DNA of 64,000 nucleotides from an uncultured Clostridia bacterium. Lineage in GTDB: Bacteria > Bacillota > Clostridia > TANB77 > CAG-508. The position numbers and the translations under genes are program-made. Where the stretch lies: contig CAKOTK010000004.1 of assembly GCA_934120135.1 (NCBI GenBank), forward strand, positions 57,862 through 121,861, given 5' to 3'. Shown here piece by piece: positions 1 to 8,669 of this stretch; positions within the stretch are counted from its first letter, which is position 1, and every line of letters starts with the position of its first letter. Under the pieces are notes generated by a model, which was not told the DNA's origin, did not search any database, and saw nothing but the letters and a program-made list of their open reading frames with translations.

Positions 1-2351
1 ACGATCCTTCATTAAAAAAATGGTATGGATTAATTGAATTTCCATATCCTTCTGGTCAAGGATTACATGTTGGTCATCCACGTAGCTATACTGCATTAGA
101 TATTATTGCTAGAAAGAAAAGAATGGAAGGATATAACGTATTATATCCAATTGGATTTGATGCATTTGGATTACCAGCTGAAAACTATGCTATTAAAAAT
201 CATGTTCATCCTAAAATCACAACTGAAAAAAATGTTGATCATTTTAGAGAGCAATTAAAAGCATTAGGTTTTTCATTTGACTGGTCTAGAGAAGTTAATA
301 CAACAGATCCTAATTATTATAAATGGACACAATGGATTTTTATTCAATTATATAAACACGGCTTAGCATACAAAGCCACAATGCCTATCAACTTTTGTAC
401 TGGTTGTAAAGTAGGCCTAGCAAACGAAGAAGTTGTTAATGGTGTTTGTGAAAGATGTGGAAGTCCAGTTGTTCAAAAAGAAAAAAGCCAATGGATGTTA
501 AAAATTACAGAATATGCTCAAAGATTAATTGACGACTTAGATGATGTTGATTATTTAGATAAAATCAAAGCACAACAAAAAAACTGGATTGGTCGTAGTG
601 AGGGTGCTGAGGTTAAATTTAAACTTGCAAATCATGATAAAGAATTAGTTGTATATACAACAAGACCTGACACATTATTTGGTGCAACATATATGGTAGT
701 TGCTCCTGAACACCCTATCATTAAAGAATTAGAAAGTGAAATTACTAACTTAGACGAAGTAAAAGAATATCAAAGACAAGCTAGTTTAAAATCTGATTTT
801 GAACGTGCTGAGTTAAATAAAGAAAAAACAGGTGTTGAAATTAAAGGTATTAGAGCAATCAATCCTTTAACAAATACAGAAATTCCAATTTGGGTTTCAG
901 ACTATGTTTTAATTACTTATGGTACTGGTGCAATTATGGCTGTTCCTGCTCATGATACAAGAGACTGGGAATTCGCTAAAAAGTTCGATTTACCTATTAT
1001 TCAAGTAATTGAATCTGCAAATGAAAATACTGTTTGTGATATTGATAAAGAAGCTTTTACAGATGTTGCAAGTGGTAAACTTATTAATTCAGGATTTTTA
1101 AATGGATTAGAAGTAAAAGAAGCTATCAAAAAGGTTATTGATTACTTAGAGGAAAATAAAATTGGAACTAGAAAAGTAAATTACAAATTACGTGATTGGG
1201 TATTTTCAAGACAACGTTATTGGGGCGAACCAATTCCTATGGTTTATTGTGAGAAATGTGGTTGGGTTCCACTTCCAGAAGAAGAGCTTCCTCTATGCTT
1301 ACCAGATATCGAAGATTATGAACCAAGTGAAAACGGTGAATCACCTTTGGCTAAACATACTGACTGGGTTAATACAACTTGTCCTCATTGTGGTGGAAAA
1401 GCGAAACGTGAAACAGATACAATGCCTCAATGGGCTGGTTCTTCTTGGTATTATCTAAGATATATTGATCCACATAATGATAAAGCTTTAGCTTCTAAAG
1501 AAGCTCTAGAATATTGGAGTCCAGTTGACTGGTATAATGGTGGTATGGAACATACTACACTTCACTTATTATACTCAAGATTTTGGCATAAATTTTTATA
1601 TGATATTGGTGTTGTGCCAACTAAAGAGCCTTATCAAAAACGTACTTCACATGGTATGATTTTAGGTTCAAATGGAGAAAAAATGTCAAAATCAAAAGGT
1701 AATGTTATAAACCCTGACGATATTGTTGAAGAGTTTGGTGCAGATACCTTCCGTGTTTATGAAATGTTTATGGGACCATTTGATCAAACAGCTCCATGGT
1801 CTATGGAAAGTATTCGTGGATGTAATAAGTTCTTAGACAGAGTATGGAATATGCAAGAATTTTTAGTTGATGGAGATAGTTATTCACCTGAATTTGAAAA
1901 AATGATGCATAAAGCTATTAAAAAGGTTTCTTCTGACATTGAAGAAATGAAATTTAATACAGCAGTTTCTACATTTATGACTATGACAAATGAATTTTAT
2001 AAATTAAAGAGAATAAACAAAGCAGAATACAAAACATTCTTGCAATTGTTAAATCCTTTTGCTCCACATATGACTGAAGAATTATTTGAGAAAATTGGTG
2101 CAAAAGACACAATAGCAAATACTCTATGGCCAACTTACGATGAAGCTAAAACTATTGATGATGAAATTGAAATTCCAGTTCAAGTTAATGGAAAAGTAAA
2201 AGCTACAGTATCTATTACTTTAGATACTGACGAGGCAATTGTAAAAGAAAAAGTTCATGAAAATCAATCAGTAAAAAATGCAATTAGTGATAAAAACATT
2301 GTTAAAGAAATTTATGTAAAAAATAAAATTTATAACATTGTTGTTAAATAG
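1..2351 (+). CDS. leuS: leucyl-tRNA synthetase, 5' end outside window
   Basis: Window opens in-frame with the ORF; upstream residues include HVGHP (HIGH motif). Class I LeuS editing and KMSKS (KMSKSKGN) regions present. Confidence 0.95.
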   Translation, partial: DPSLKKWYGLIEFPYPSGQGLHVGHPRSYTALDIIARKKRMEGYNVLYPIGFDAFGLPAENYAIKNHVHPKITTEKNVDHFREQLKALGFSFDWSREVNTTDPNYYKWTQWIFIQLYKHGLAYKATMPINFCTGCKVGLANEEVVNGVCERCGSPVVQKEKSQWMLKITEYAQRLIDDLDDVDYLDKIKAQQKNWIGRSEGAEVKFKLANHDKELVVYTTRPDTLFGATYMVVAPEHPIIKELESEITNLDEVKEYQRQASLKSDFERAELNKEKTGVEIKGIRAINPLTNTEIPIWVSDYVLITYGTGAIMAVPAHDTRDWEFAKKFDLPIIQVIESANENTVCDIDKEAFTDVASGKLINSGFLNGLEVKEAIKKVIDYLEENKIGTRKVNYKLRDWVFSRQRYWGEPIPMVYCEKCGWVPLPEEELPLCLPDIEDYEPSENGESPLAKHTDWVNTTCPHCGGKAKRETDTMPQWAGSSWYYLRYIDPHNDKALASKEALEYWSPVDWYNGGMEHTTLHLLYSRFWHKFLYDIGVVPTKEPYQKRTSHGMILGSNGEKMSKSKGNVINPDDIVEEFGADTFRVYEMFMGPFDQTAPWSMESIRGCNKFLDRVWNMQEFLVDGDSYSPEFEKMMHKAIKKVSSDIEEMKFNTAVSTFMTMTNEFYKLKRINKAEYKTFLQLLNPFAPHMTEELFEKIGAKDTIANTLWPTYDEAKTIDDEIEIPVQVNGKVKATVSITLDTDEAIVKEKVHENQSVKNAISDKNIVKEIYVKNKIYNIVVK

Positions 2352-2357
2352 ACATAA

Positions 2358-2388
2358 CAAAAAAACCACCAGAACGGTGGTTTTTTTG
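2358..2388 (+). terminator. rho-independent terminator after leuS
   Basis: aaaaaaCCACCagaacGGTGGttttttt: GC stem plus T-tract 7 nt after the stop. Confidence 0.8.
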
Positions 2389-2395
2389 TTTGGAG

Positions 2396-2788
2396 TTACA
2401 TCATATTTTCATAATACAAAATCGGTGATTTGGAATTGCAAAGTTCTTCAATTTGATAAAATTTTGCTTCTTGAAGACTTCTGAAGACTTCTCTCCAGTC
2501 CTCACTTACCAAGATTATGGCAAGTGTTTGATTCAGCTTAACTGAATCCACTTTGTTGGGCTTTCTGTTTTTGCCTGTCCCAGAGCAAACTCTAATTTGC
2601 TCTATTTTGCCCAAGATTGCCGCCGCATCTGCAACAGATAAGTTTGTCATCCGTTGTAGCTGTTCAGCTTCATCAATTTCGACTTTAAAAGTCTTATTTT
2701 CAAATTGATCAAGATCTTTAAAATAGATTTTGTCGTTGTCAAAAATCAACATAAAATTGAATTCAGCTGAATAACTTCTAATAGACAT
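2396..2788 (-). CDS. hypothetical 130-aa protein, GC-richer than flanks
   Basis: ORF with SD GGAGG 6 nt before the ATG (track used an upstream TTG). About 40% GC against ~28% locally. No family recognised. Confidence 0.5.
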   Translation of the reverse strand: MSIRSYSAEFNFMLIFDNDKIYFKDLDQFENKTFKVEIDEAEQLQRMTNLSVADAAAILGKIEQIRVCSGTGKNRKPNKVDSVKLNQTLAIILVSEDWREVFRSLQEAKFYQIEELCNSKSPILYYENMM

Positions 2789-2882
2789 ACTAACCTCCAA
2801 ATTTTAATAGCCCTTTGGCTAAGATACTTATATTATAATACTTTTTACACATTATGTCAATTTATATTGTTTTGTTACATAT

Positions 2883-2941
2883 TTGTAATAAAAGTGTAAT
2901 ATGCTTGTAATATTATTTTGTAATATTATGTTGTATAATTG
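2883..2941. promoter_or_regulatory. four or five direct repeats of TTGTAATAT(T), ending in a TATAAT box
   Basis: ttgtaataaaag / tgtaatatgc / ttgtaatattatt / ttgtaatattatg / ttgtataatt, in the divergent intergenic region upstream of the 2976 gene. Confidence 0.35.
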
Positions 2942-2975
2942 TAAAAGGAAATTACTAAGGAGAAACATTTTATAA

Positions 2976-4055
2976 ATGAACGTTGAAGCTGAATTAAGAA
3001 AAGATGGAATTGAAATTATTGGAAGACTGGATACTTTGAGTGTAAATTCTATTTCTAGAAATGCTGCCGAAAAAATTTGCAAAGCATTTCCTAGAGCTCA
3101 TTTCGATTATGGTCAATTATTTATTGAGTTTTCTAGAACGCCAATGTATATAGCTAAAATGCCCGAAGGATATGCTGAAGCAACTTACTTTTATAAAAAT
3201 TCATCTATATATTTTAAGGCAGGTGTGCCTTTAAAAGATTTAGAAAAATTTGCTATTCATGAACTTATTCATCATATTCAAGAGGTAAAAGATACTAAAG
3301 GAAATTTATATCGTTTAGGTTTATGCGAATATGGCGAATTTAAGACATATGGAATGGCTTTAAATGAAGGAGCTGTTCAGTTAGCAGCATCTAAAATTTT
3401 AGAGCAAAAAGAAACTGTTGTAAAATATTATGACATTTCACTTCCTACTAATAGTCCGAATTGCTATCCACTTTTGTGTAATTTGGTAAATCAATTAGCA
3501 TATTTAGTAGGTGAACATGCATTATTTGAAAGTACACTTTTTAGTACTGATCAATTTAAATTAGATTTAATAAAGTTATGTGGCAAAAAGAATTTCTTCA
3601 ATATTCAAAACTGCTTAGACAAAGTATTAAATATTGAAGAAAAAATAGTTTTCTTAAATAATGAATTATTAGAAGATGCTTTATCAGATGAAAAAGCTCA
3701 AAAAATTGCTTTTAAAATTGGTAAACTAAAAGCTGAACTGAAAAATACATTTATTCAAACTCAAAATTTAATTTATAGTTCATATTTCGATAATGAACTT
3801 AATAGAATAACAACTACTGAAGAAATTGAAATTTATCGTACTAGATTATATGATTACAAGAATTACATTGGAATTACCGAAAACTACAGTGACTTTAATA
3901 ACTATTATCTTGACAAAATGATAGCTTTAGATGATAGATACGAAGCTATTTTAAATAATGTTGCGTTAGTAGTTGTAAAAGAAAATACAATTTCTAAAAT
4001 GTTTAAAAGAATTAAAAATATATTTAATTTAAGTAAAAGTTTCGAGCGAGATTAA
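2976..4055 (+). CDS. zincin-like metallopeptidase-domain protein (HEIxH plus downstream Glu; ImmA/IrrE-like N-terminal domain) with long helical C-terminal region
   Basis: AIHELIHHIQE at aa 93-103 and NEG at ~130-132 fit a gluzincin/COG2856-like arrangement. Sits directly upstream of an HTH_XRE gene. Confidence 0.5.
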   Translation: MNVEAELRKDGIEIIGRLDTLSVNSISRNAAEKICKAFPRAHFDYGQLFIEFSRTPMYIAKMPEGYAEATYFYKNSSIYFKAGVPLKDLEKFAIHELIHHIQEVKDTKGNLYRLGLCEYGEFKTYGMALNEGAVQLAASKILEQKETVVKYYDISLPTNSPNCYPLLCNLVNQLAYLVGEHALFESTLFSTDQFKLDLIKLCGKKNFFNIQNCLDKVLNIEEKIVFLNNELLEDALSDEKAQKIAFKIGKLKAELKNTFIQTQNLIYSSYFDNELNRITTTEEIEIYRTRLYDYKNYIGITENYSDFNNYYLDKMIALDDRYEAILNNVALVVVKENTISKMFKRIKNIFNLSKSFERD

Positions 4056-4116
4056 GGTATTTGTAAGTAACTTATTTTCTAATACTATTTATATTAAAAT
4101 TTACTAGGGTGAGTTT

Positions 4117-4335
4117 ATGGTAAATTTTAATATAGAAGAATTACTTAAAAATAAGGGTAAAACTAAATATTGGCTTTGCAAAAATATGAATATAACTACT
4201 AGAAATTTAAATCGAATAATAAATGGAGAAACAACTTCTATTTCATTTAAATACATTGAAGATTTGTGTAATTTTTTAGATTGCAAAATAGAAGATTTGA
4301 TTTCGGTAGATAATGATAATGATAAAACAGCATAA
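4117..4335 (+). CDS. XRE-family helix-turn-helix transcriptional regulator (72 aa)
   Basis: KYWLCKNMNITTRNLNRIINGETTSISFKYIEDLCNFLDCKIEDL is a classic Cro/C1 HTH. Confidence 0.8.
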   Translation: MVNFNIEELLKNKGKTKYWLCKNMNITTRNLNRIINGETTSISFKYIEDLCNFLDCKIEDLISVDNDNDKTA

Positions 4336-4370
4336 AAGTTGGAAATTTTACAATTCCAACTTTTATTTTG
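4335..4370. terminator. bidirectional terminator hairpin between HTH gene and gltD-like gene
   Basis: aaagttggaa...ttccaacttt stem followed by ttatttt. Confidence 0.6.
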
Positions 4371-5625
4371 TTTCTAGGTATTCTATTATTTTATTTGCAA
4401 CTTTTCTGCCATCACTTGCTGCCCAAGCTACAGTCGAATTTTGTCCTACTATATCTCCACCTGCAAATACTTTCTTATGTGAGGTTTGATTGTTTTCATT
4501 TACTTGTACATATTTTTTTGATGTAGTTTCAATATTGCATTTTTCTATTATATCTTTATCAACTTTTCCACCAACTGCCATAACTACGTAATCCATGTCC
4601 ATTATGTAATTGCTGTTTTCAATATTTACAGGAGACATTCTTGTTTCTCCTTCTTTTTGTACTAATTCTGTTTTTATACATTCTATCTGTTCAACCTTAT
4701 CTTTGCCTAATATTTTTACAATATTATTTAAAAATAAAAACTCAACACCTTCTTGTTTTGCATCTTCAATTTCCTTTGCTTCTGCTGGCATTTCTGCTTC
4801 TGACCTTCTATATATTACAACTACTTCTTTAGCTCCCATTCTTTTAATTGTTCTTGCACAGTCCATTGCAACATTTCCACCACCAATAATTGCAACTTTT
4901 TTATTTGTATAATCAGGATGATTTTGATTTTCTAATAATGAATTACCACCATATACTCCTTCTAGTTCTTCACCTTCAATAGCCATCTTTCTTGGCACAT
5001 TTGCTCCTATTGATAAATATATTGCGTCATATTCTTTTTCTAAATCAGCTAGTTCTAAGCTCTTTCCTAACTCTTTTTCACATTGTACCTTTACGCCAAT
5101 TGCTAAGATTTGCTCAATAGTTTTTTCTACAATTTCATTTGATAGTCTAAACTCTGGTATTCCCCTTTTTAAAATTCCACCTAAATCTTTTTGTTTTTCA
5201 TAAATTGTTACTTGGTATCCTTTTTTTCTAAGAAATGCAGCAGCTGTTAATCCTGATGGACCTCCACCAATAACTGCTACTTTTTCATTTTTTTCTTGAA
5301 TATTTTCACTATAGTTTAATAAGTTACTTGAATTATTTAATGCCCAATCTCCAACATATGCCTCTATTTCTCCAATTGAAACTGGATCTGACTTAATGCC
5401 TCTAACACATTTTCCTTGGCATTGTTTTTGGTGTGGACATATTCTGCCACATATTGATGGCATAACGGTAGTATCGCACAATATTTTATATGCTTCTTCT
5501 AAATTATCTTCTTTTACTTTTTGAATAAAAGCTGGAATATTATTTCCAAGTGGACATCCTATCCTACATTGTGGATTTTTGCAATTTAAGCAATATTCAG
5601 CTTTTTGTTTTATATTATTTTCCAT
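4363..5625 (-). CDS. GltD-family NAD(P)H-dependent FAD/Fe-S oxidoreductase (glutamate synthase small-chain-like)
   Basis: Two Cys clusters (CLNCKNPQCRIGCP, CGRICPHQKQCQGKC) and two dinucleotide-binding motifs (VAVIGGGPSG, VAIIGGGNVAMD). Confidence 0.8.
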   Translation of the reverse strand: MENNIKQKAEYCLNCKNPQCRIGCPLGNNIPAFIQKVKEDNLEEAYKILCDTTVMPSICGRICPHQKQCQGKCVRGIKSDPVSIGEIEAYVGDWALNNSSNLLNYSENIQEKNEKVAVIGGGPSGLTAAAFLRKKGYQVTIYEKQKDLGGILKRGIPEFRLSNEIVEKTIEQILAIGVKVQCEKELGKSLELADLEKEYDAIYLSIGANVPRKMAIEGEELEGVYGGNSLLENQNHPDYTNKKVAIIGGGNVAMDCARTIKRMGAKEVVVIYRRSEAEMPAEAKEIEDAKQEGVEFLFLNNIVKILGKDKVEQIECIKTELVQKEGETRMSPVNIENSNYIMDMDYVVMAVGGKVDKDIIEKCNIETTSKKYVQVNENNQTSHKKVFAGGDIVGQNSTVAWAASDGRKVANKIIEYLETK

Positions 5626-6187
5626 CTTCTACCCCTGATTTATTAAAAAATTTCACAACTTCTTTTAAATCTTTCCAAAACTCAATCTTCTTATTTTCGT
5701 CTCTAAGTAATGCAGCAGGATGCCAAGTAGGCATATACATTATTCCTTTTTGTTCTATCCATTTTCCTCTACTAGCTGTAATAGAATACTCTTTTCCTAA
5801 TACATTCTTTAAAGCTGTACTTCCTAAAAGAACTATTACCTTAGGTTTTACAAGAATTACTTGGTTGCGCAAATAATTTAAGCATGCTTCTGCTTCCTCT
5901 TGTTCTGGCACTCTATTTGCAGGTGGTCTGCATTTAACTATATTTGTTATATAAACTTCTTGTCTTTTTATTCCCAAACCTTGAAACGCTTTATTCATAA
6001 GTTGCCCTGCTTTTCCCACAAAAGGAAGTCCCTGAGTATCTTCGTCTGCACCAGGTCCTTCTCCTATAAACATTAAATCTGCTTGTTTGTTTCCCTCTCC
6101 AAAAACAATGCTTTTCCTTGTTGAACATAATTTACATCTATTACAATTTTTTATACTATTTTCTAAATCTTCCCAATTATCGTACAT
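5615..6187 (-). CDS. udg: uracil-DNA glycosylase, family 4 (Fe-S type)
   Basis: GEGPGADEDTQGLPFVGKAGQLL motif and N-terminal CxxC pair. Confidence 0.85.
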   Translation of the reverse strand: MYDNWEDLENSIKNCNRCKLCSTRKSIVFGEGNKQADLMFIGEGPGADEDTQGLPFVGKAGQLMNKAFQGLGIKRQEVYITNIVKCRPPANRVPEQEEAEACLNYLRNQVILVKPKVIVLLGSTALKNVLGKEYSITASRGKWIEQKGIMYMPTWHPAALLRDENKKIEFWKDLKEVVKFFNKSGVEDGK

Positions 6188-6214
6188 TTTTTATTTCCTT
6201 ATTTTTTATATCTG

Positions 6215-6243
6215 TTGACAATATTATAAAATATATGTATAAT
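6215..6243 (+). promoter_or_regulatory. consensus sigma-A promoter (TTGACA-17-TATAAT) firing into cassette 1
   Basis: TTGACA 6215-6220 and TATAAT 6238-6243. Predicted +1 falls on the ATAGG of the left inverted repeat (6248). Confidence 0.7.
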
Positions 6244-6248
6244 AAATA

Positions 6249-6352
6249 TAGGAAATGAATATCCGCAATAAATGCGGTTACCACTACATATAGTATAACA
6301 ACACATTCGCAAATTGGTAAATAGGAGAATGTGTTGTTATTTTATTCCTTAT
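6249..6352 (+). ncRNA. candidate ~100-nt antisense/antitoxin sRNA of cassette 1
   Basis: Starts at the consensus promoter and ends at hairpin AACAACACATTC..GAATGTGTTGTT plus ATTTTATT. Its 3' end overlaps the convergent small ORF. Confidence 0.45.
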
Positions 6353-6455
6353 CTATTATCATATTTACATATTTTATGTATAAAATCGTCAATAAGGCTA
6401 CGTTTATAGTTATAGAGGTCATAAGGGCTATTACTAAAAATAGTATCAAACTCAT
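6342..6455 (-). CDS. unannotated 37-aa hydrophobic peptide MSLILFLVIALMTSITINVALLTILYIKYVNMIIDKE (type I toxin-like)
   Basis: SD GAGGTGG 8 nt upstream of the ATG. Single transmembrane helix plus charged tail. Below the 60-aa cutoff of the ORF track. Confidence 0.6.
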   Translation of the reverse strand: MSLILFLVIALMTSITINVALLTILYIKYVNMIIDKE

Positions 6456-6537
6456 AAACACCACCTCACTTTCTGATAACTAATGTTATCAAGTGTAGTG
6501 GCAACACATACTACTATGTTCATTTCCTATATTAGTT

Positions 6538-6566
6538 AGTATAATATATCCATTTATAAAAGTCAA
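6538..6566 (-). promoter_or_regulatory. near-consensus promoter (TTGACT-17-TATACT) for the cassette-1 peptide mRNA
   Basis: Minus-strand reading. +1 falls on the right inverted repeat ATAGGAAATGAA (6519-6530). Confidence 0.6.
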
Positions 6567-6591
6567 TATAATTCAAACATTTTTTCGCATT

Positions 6592-7503
6592 TTATTTTAC
6601 ACAATCTTCCAGTAATTCTATCTTGTTTTCTAAATTAGTATCAATCTTTGCCATTGTTCCAATTGGTATAACAGTTTTCTTATCTATATGCCCAAAATTA
6701 TTAGATTTTATTATTGGAAAACTATATTCTCCATCTAAAGTATCTAACAAAATTTTCTCTATACTTACTGCCCCATCATAGTTGCCAAGCCAGATTCCTT
6801 TTATTTTGTCAAATACTCCATTTTGTTTCATATGATAAAAATAATTGCTAACTAATTCTGGTGGTGTCTCTACAAATAGTTCTTCTAAAAATAGTATTTT
6901 ATCTGTAAAATCAATACTATATTTTCCACATACCATTTCATTTACCAAGCTTAAATTACCACCAACTAAAATTCCTTTTGCCTTTCCCTCTTTAATTGTA
7001 ACATATTCATCATCTGCTTGTCCAAGGCTCAAGCCACCTTCCACAAACCTTTTCATTACTTCTTCATATCCATATTGTGTTTGCCATGAAGTTAATGCTT
7101 TAAATGTTGGTCCATGAAATGTTACTAATCCAGTTTTAGCATATATTGCATTTAATAATGATGTTGAATCACTAAATCCACATATTATTTTTGGATGATA
7201 TTTTATTGTATCATAATCTAAATAGTCAAATGTAGAGTTTGAATTAAATCCTCCTGATATGCAGAATATAGCCTTTATTTCGTTGTTCTGAAACATACAA
7301 TTTATATCCTCTGCTTTTTGCTTTGCTGTTGCTGAGTATCCTAATTTATTTGATACTGCATTTGGTGCAAATTCAATTTTAAATCCTGCACTTTCCATAA
7401 GCATTATCGAATTATTTATTGTTTCTAAATCTTCTTTTAGTACAGGGCTTGATGGTGCTATTAATCCAATAGTATCACCTTTTTTTAGTTTTTCAGGAAT
7501 CAT
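6592..7503 (-). CDS. ldcA: LD-carboxypeptidase (peptidase S66)
   Basis: GFSDSTSL serine-nucleophile motif; length and domain order typical of LdcA. Confidence 0.8.
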   Translation of the reverse strand: MIPEKLKKGDTIGLIAPSSPVLKEDLETINNSIMLMESAGFKIEFAPNAVSNKLGYSATAKQKAEDINCMFQNNEIKAIFCISGGFNSNSTFDYLDYDTIKYHPKIICGFSDSTSLLNAIYAKTGLVTFHGPTFKALTSWQTQYGYEEVMKRFVEGGLSLGQADDEYVTIKEGKAKGILVGGNLSLVNEMVCGKYSIDFTDKILFLEELFVETPPELVSNYFYHMKQNGVFDKIKGIWLGNYDGAVSIEKILLDTLDGEYSFPIIKSNNFGHIDKKTVIPIGTMAKIDTNLENKIELLEDCVK

Positions 7504-7512
7504 AATTACCTC

Positions 7513-8307
7513 CTATTTTAATGCTATTATTGCTCCATTCACTCCAAAGCTTTTTCCATCTGCTCTATATGAATGAAATTCATTTGAATGACACATTGTA
7601 CAAATATTACTGTCTATTATATTTTCTTCTTTTAAGCCTATATTTTTTAATAACTCTATGTTAATTTTTGCTGTATCAATATAGTATTTTTGCTTATCTT
7701 CTTTTTTGTCCCCTAGTTTAATTATTTCGTCAATGTTTTTTAACTCTTTGTATTTATTATAAAATAAGTCTTTTACATCTTCATCAACTTCAAAACAGCA
7801 TTGTCTTATGCTTGGACATATACAACATATAATGTCTTCAGGATTGCTCTGATATTCAGTTATCATCTTTTCTATTGCTTTTACTATTATTCCTTTTAAA
7901 GTACCTTTCCAGCCCGAATGAATACTTCCTATATCCTTCTTTACTGGATCATATAAAAGCATTGAAATGCAGTCTGCAGAAGTTGTAAGTAATGCAATAT
8001 CTTTTTTATCAGTTACTATTCCATCAACATCTTTTAGTTCATCAGTTGTTTTTACTTCATCGACTTTTTCTACTATATCTGTATGTGTTTGATATGGTCT
8101 TACAATTTGTGCATTTTCTAAATCTAGACTCTTTAATATTTTATCACAACTTTGCTTAAAAAAGTCACGATTTTTTATTTGAAAATTCAACTGATTATTA
8201 TTTCGCATTGTATAACAATGTGTTATCTCTGGATATTCTAATAATCTTTTAAATTGAATATATTCAACTCCATCTTTATTTTGATAAATTATATTTTCCA
8301 CGTGCAA
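7513..8307 (-). CDS. pgeF: YfiH/PgeF-family protein (DUF152, Cu-oxidase_4)
   Basis: TSADC and HSGWKGT motifs. Confidence 0.8.
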   Translation of the reverse strand: MHVENIIYQNKDGVEYIQFKRLLEYPEITHCYTMRNNNQLNFQIKNRDFFKQSCDKILKSLDLENAQIVRPYQTHTDIVEKVDEVKTTDELKDVDGIVTDKKDIALLTTSADCISMLLYDPVKKDIGSIHSGWKGTLKGIIVKAIEKMITEYQSNPEDIICCICPSIRQCCFEVDEDVKDLFYNKYKELKNIDEIIKLGDKKEDKQKYYIDTAKINIELLKNIGLKEENIIDSNICTMCHSNEFHSYRADGKSFGVNGAIIALK

Positions 8308-8333
8308 TTTATTTCCTCTCTATAAAGTTATTC

Positions 8334-8363
8334 TTGACAAATTTTAATCAATTGTTATATAAT
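8334..8363 (+). promoter_or_regulatory. consensus promoter (TTGACA-18-TATAAT) firing into cassette 2
   Basis: TTGACA 8334-8339 and TATAAT 8358-8363. +1 falls near the ATAGG of the left inverted repeat (8368). Confidence 0.65.
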
Positions 8364-8369
8364 AATAAT

Positions 8370-8456
8370 AGGAAATGAAAAACCACAAACGTGGTTTGCC
8401 ATATAAAATGCAAAAAGCGCATCTACAACGGTCAAATTACAGATGCGTTTTTTTTA
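8370..8456 (+). ncRNA. candidate ~87-nt antisense/antitoxin sRNA of cassette 2
   Basis: 5' hairpin AAACCACaaacGTGGTTT. Terminates at bidirectional terminator GCGCATCT..AGATGCG plus T8 (8417-8456). Confidence 0.45.
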
Positions 8457-8461
8457 TTGGT

Positions 8462-8584
8462 TTATTTCTGTTTACTCAAAATTACAGCTAATACTATAAT
8501 TAAGGCAAACGTAATGATAGTTACTCCAATTAAAGAATAATATAATATGTATATTGTTGCAATTAATGATTGTATTTCTACCAT
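8462..8584 (-). CDS. unannotated 40-aa hydrophobic peptide MVEIQSLIATIYILYYSLIGVTIITFALIIVLAVILSKQK (type I toxin-like)
   Basis: Perfect SD AAGGAGGTG 7 nt upstream. The SD can pair with an upstream CCUCC (anti-SD hairpin). Followed by the bidirectional terminator. Confidence 0.6.
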   Translation of the reverse strand: MVEIQSLIATIYILYYSLIGVTIITFALIIVLAVILSKQK

Positions 8585-8669
8585 ACGCCTCACCTCCTTG
8601 TAGGAGGCAAACCACATCTGTCTTTTTCATTTCCTATAATTATATAGTACAACATTTACTTATAAATGT

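Noticed and set aside
1192-1458. Plus-strand 88-aa ORF inside leuS, plus many similar 60-120-aa ORFs on the strand opposite long genes (e.g. 4610-4912, 8929-9198, 16879-17241, 21869-22303, 32131-32589).
   Set aside because: They lie fully inside well-supported genes on the opposite strand or in another frame. Low-complexity translations typical of AT-rich antisense frames; no SD sequences.
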